A stretch of 64,000 bases of DNA from Podarcis pityusensis (Eukaryota): the NCBI GenBank assembly GCA_964106645.2, contig OZ067044.1. One strand, written 5' to 3'. Numbering within the stretch: the stretch's first letter is position 1; each line of letters opens with the position of its first letter. The position numbers and the translations under genes are program-made. Below are positions 60,546 through 64,000 of this stretch, piece after piece. Under the pieces are notes generated by a model, which did not search any database, had not been told where the DNA came from, and worked only from the letters and a program-made list of their open reading frames with translations.

Positions 60546-61352
60546 TGGGCCAAAGATTTTGGATATAATATACAGATGGAGGATTAGGAGAAATTATGGA
60601 AAGAAGGTTTAAGATTCACTGCATGTATAACAATTAAAGAAAATGTGATGAAAATGATGTATCGATGGTATGTAACACCAGTGAAGTTAGCAAGGATGTA
60701 CAAGGGATGTAATAAATGTTGGAAATGTAAAGAAAAAGAAGGTACATTTTATCATATGTGGTGGGAGTGTAAGAAAGTTGGAAGCTTTTGGGAAATGATA
60801 TATAATGAATTGAAGAAAATGTTTAAATATACATTTGTCAAGAAACCAGAAGCGTTTTTACTTGGTATTACAGGGAATGAGATAAATAAGAAAGAAAGGA
60901 AGTTATTTTTATATGCAGTGACTGCAGCAAGAATATTGATGGCCCAGAAATGGAAGCAAGAGGAGCTACCTATGTTAGAAGAATGGAGAATGAAGATGAT
61001 GGACTATGCAGAACTTGATAGATTGAAGGGAAGGATCTGAAATCGATGAGATCAGAGATTCACAGAAAGGTTTATAGAATATATGCATAAATTAAGTGAT
61101 AACCAAATAACGTTTGTAAGCTTTAATGAAGCTCTATGAGAAGAAACGTTAGTAAGTGAGCAAAAATAAGAACTAATTTATAAAAACAATGGAAGTAAGA
61201 TTTTAGAAATGTGTAAGAAATTAAGAAGGGAAGGAGTATCAGTCAAGTTGAGAGAAGTCAAAAAGAGAATAGAGATAAAAAAAAGATGTATGAACTGTAT
61301 AAATTTTGTATTGGAAAAATTGAATAAAAATATTATATATATATAAAAAAAA
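60546..61352 (+). mobile_element. L1/Tx1-like LINE, 5'-truncated (ORF2 C-terminus, 3' UTR, A tail)
   Basis: YRWYVTP..CWKCKEKEGTFYHMWWEC CCHC motif; AATAAA and A-rich tail; perfect 18-bp TSD TAGAATTAACTTTGAGTC (60528-60545, 61353-61370). Confidence 0.92.
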
Positions 61353-61527
61353 TAGAATTAACTTTGAGTCAGGTTCCTAAAGCTTTGCTTGCATTATCTG
61401 ATTGGTTTCAATAAGAATGGAACCCATAAATCGGGGCTGAGCAAACTGTGACCCTCCAGGCTTCTTTTTTGTAAAAAAGAAAAGAAAAGGTGCTGTTACA
61501 CATATATTGATAAAAGTGCTGTGGTTA

Positions 61528-61866
61528 CATACCCTCCAACATATGAAAGCGAAAAACAAGGATGCCATCTTCTGGGGTGCATCTTCCCATTTGTTCTTGT
61601 GAGACCATGGCAGCCATTTTGGGCATTGTGATCTTGCATGATTTCATGTGATGATTTCCCCTGAAAAATATTCCCCCCCCCCAGGACCGCAATCTCATGC
61701 TGTGGCCCGATACACATGTTTGGGGATACTGTACCTGTAAAAAGCAATTATTCGAGGGCAAATTGTGGTGTGAAATCACATGAGATCACAGTGCCCAAAA
61801 TGGCCACTGTGCTCTCATGAGGAAAAAGGGGATGTCCCGGTTTTCTCAGGACAGTTGGAGGATATG
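61528..61866. mobile_element. Non-autonomous TIR DNA element with internal inverted repeat
   Basis: cataccctccaac / gttggaggatatg TIRs (12/13); ccattttgggcattgtgatc pairs with gatcacagtgcccaaaatgg. Confidence 0.7.
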
Positions 61867-62542
61867 TAGTTGTTATTACAATTTGGCTGCTGTAGGCAGC
61901 AAAAGAAGAGGTGCTGGAACTCTGTTATGATTAATCTCACATCCCAAAACTGACCATTTGCTAGCTGGCTGGAGGGCCACAGGTTTTCCACCACCTCTAT
62001 AACTCTTTACAGTATCCTGGAACCAACATATGATTTCTCGGCAGCTATGTTTGTGTATACAGTTTCTTGCTCTTTGACAACACTGTGCCAAAAGCCAGCA
62101 TCAGTCCTTGGTGCAAACTTTGAACCTATACTGAACCAGACAGGAAACCGCTGGAACACATTTTTTTTTTTTAATTTTTTGGGAAGCACACTACTATATT
62201 AGTTTCACACCTCTTTACTCTTACTATCACGAGGTGCAAGAAAACGAACTAAGTATTCTATCTTGAGTGTTAAGGGAAAAGGAAAAAAAAAAACCCCACA
62301 ACCAAACAGGAGAAGTAATACATTTGAACAGTCTTTGTTTTTAACTCTTATCCCCTGATGTTTATGTAAATGCTGTGAAGTTTCTGTGTTTGGGTCCATT
62401 AATACAATCCAGTTAAATTCAAGGCTGTTCATTTTCCCATATTCTCAAGCAGAAATGCAAGTGCATTAGCAACCATCTAGCAATATCTTGTCACTTTTGT
62501 GTTAACTGAAGTGGCATCATGTTCAGCTTGTCCTGAGAGCAT

Positions 62543-62546
<4 letters not shown>

Positions 62547-62615
<69 letters not shown>
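62547..62615. repeat. Compound (CT)n(CA)n microsatellite
   Basis: Direct reading. Confidence 0.95.
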
Positions 62616-62621
<6 letters not shown>

Positions 62622-62859
62622 GAAGTGCTTGGCAAAGGAGACAGACTGACAGTTCTGTTTGTTCTAGTTCAAGAGCCATACATATTCCTGCCTGTTCTTC
62701 AAATTCTTTTCCAGAATTTAGCTTTCATTTTTCACGTTAAGACAAAACTTTTAGCTGATTTAGTCCCTGAATGAATTTGCATGTGTGATGAAATTTTAGG
62801 TTTCTGCATATATGTATGTGAAAATGGACATAACCACATACAGTTTTAGTAATACTGTA

Positions 62860-63011
62860 CATAGAATAACAGAATTGCAGAGTTGTAGAAGGGACCCTGA
62901 GGATCATCTAGTCCAACCTCCTACAATGCAGGAATGTGCAGCTGTCCCATACAGGGATTGAAACTGCAACCTTGGTGTTATCAGCACCATGCTCTATCCA
63001 ACAGAGCTATC
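62860..63011 (-). mobile_element. tRNA-headed SINE with CR1-like tail
   Basis: Similar to 31191-31309; tail matches the CR1 end at 45598. Confidence 0.7.
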
Positions 63012-63265
63012 TTATCCATGGGTGACTCCATTTAAAGGCAAGCAAGCTCTGTTACTCAAACTACTGCAACCACCTGAAGAGAAAATCCACCAACCTTTGT
63101 TTGCACTACTTGACAGGGAGTGTCAAGGGGCTTTCCTTTGATTTCTTGTCACACTGGCCCTCTTTCATCAAAGACCCATAGAGAAAATGGTGTTATCGTT
63201 TGGCTTCCCAAGCTGAGATGAGAAGCTTGAGAGACCTCAGCCCTTAACAACGGTAGCATTACAAG

Positions 63266-63617
63266 GTAAAAAGGTAAAAGGACCCGTGACCATTAGGTCC
63301 AGCTGTGGCCGACCCTGGGGTTGCAGCGCTCATCTCGCTTTATTGGCTGGGGGAGCCGGCGTACAGCTTCCGGGTCATGTGGCCAGCATGACTAAGCCGC
63401 TTCTGGTGAACCAGAACAGCGCACGGAAACGCTGTTTACCTTCCCGCCAGAGCGGTACCTATTTATCTACTTGCACTTTGTGCTTTCAAACTGCTAGGTT
63501 GGCAGGAGCAGGGACTGAGCAACAGGAGCTCACCCCATCATGGGGATTTGAACCACTGACCTTCTGATCGGCAAGTCCTAGGCTCTGTGGTTTAACCCAC
63601 AGCGCCATCCGTGTCCC
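63266..63617 (-). mobile_element. Sauria SINE, full length, different subfamily from the 13147 copy
   Basis: Head gggacacggatggcgctgtggg; shared core motifs; ACCTTT-type tail; perfect 12-bp TSD TAGCATTACAAG (63254-63265, 63618-63629). Confidence 0.93.
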
Positions 63618-64000
63618 TAGCATTACAAGATAAGTGTGGTTAAATAAAGTCATTGGTGCTCAAGGGAACAGGTTGAAGACCCCTGCTTTCGTTAAATGCT
63701 TTTAGTTAAATTATAGAAATATAGACAGCATTCTACCTTCAGTTTAACTATTCTTACTCAGACATTAATATCATTTTTTTACATCAGGTGCCTCTGAGAA
63801 TAGAAAAAATATAATATGTATGTATATGTAGTAATAATTATATTTTTTATACTCCACCCATCTGGTATGTATGAATACGTATTTTATTCATCCCATCAAG
63901 TAGAAATAAATATGGGTTGAGAATTTTTAGGGCTTCAACTGTCCTTTTAAATTCAGTGGTGTTATACTGATGTTGATTAAGGTAGAGACACAAACTGTGG

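Noticed and set aside
1-64000. CRISPR arrays, rRNA, operons or host exons
   Set aside because: No repeat-spacer arrays or rRNA motifs; the remaining ORFs are short and motif-free. Small host exons cannot be excluded without RNA-seq or homology search.

Overview
Vertebrate genomic DNA, very probably a squamate and likely a lacertid lizard (inferred from Sauria SINEs, Bov-B/RTE, L2, CR1, L1 and Penelope-like fragments). I could not recognise any host protein-coding exon; the window reads as intron or gene desert with many short repeats and several repeat-free blocks that may be conserved non-coding elements. The main feature is an intact Ty3/Gypsy chromovirus of the Tf1/sushi type at 2010-7500: two 408-bp LTRs that look identical, a 5-bp TSD (AGTAG), gag, and pol in the -1 frame. 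It has (i) no tRNA primer site but an exact 11-nt self-priming PBS complementary to its own LTR, (ii) an H-type pseudoknot behind a non-canonical A_GUA_AAA shift site, (iii) a chromodomain lacking two of three aromatic-cage residues, and (iv) a ~190-aa integrase tail that runs through the PPT and all of U3. That tail carries two tandem 'FG(T)-acidic-(F/L)xGF' motifs resembling the TND-interacting (LEDGF-IBD-binding) motifs of IWS1/JPO2/POGZ. This suggests a possibly undescribed integration-targeting system based on host-motif mimicry; it is a hypothesis from reading the sequence, with no database search run.
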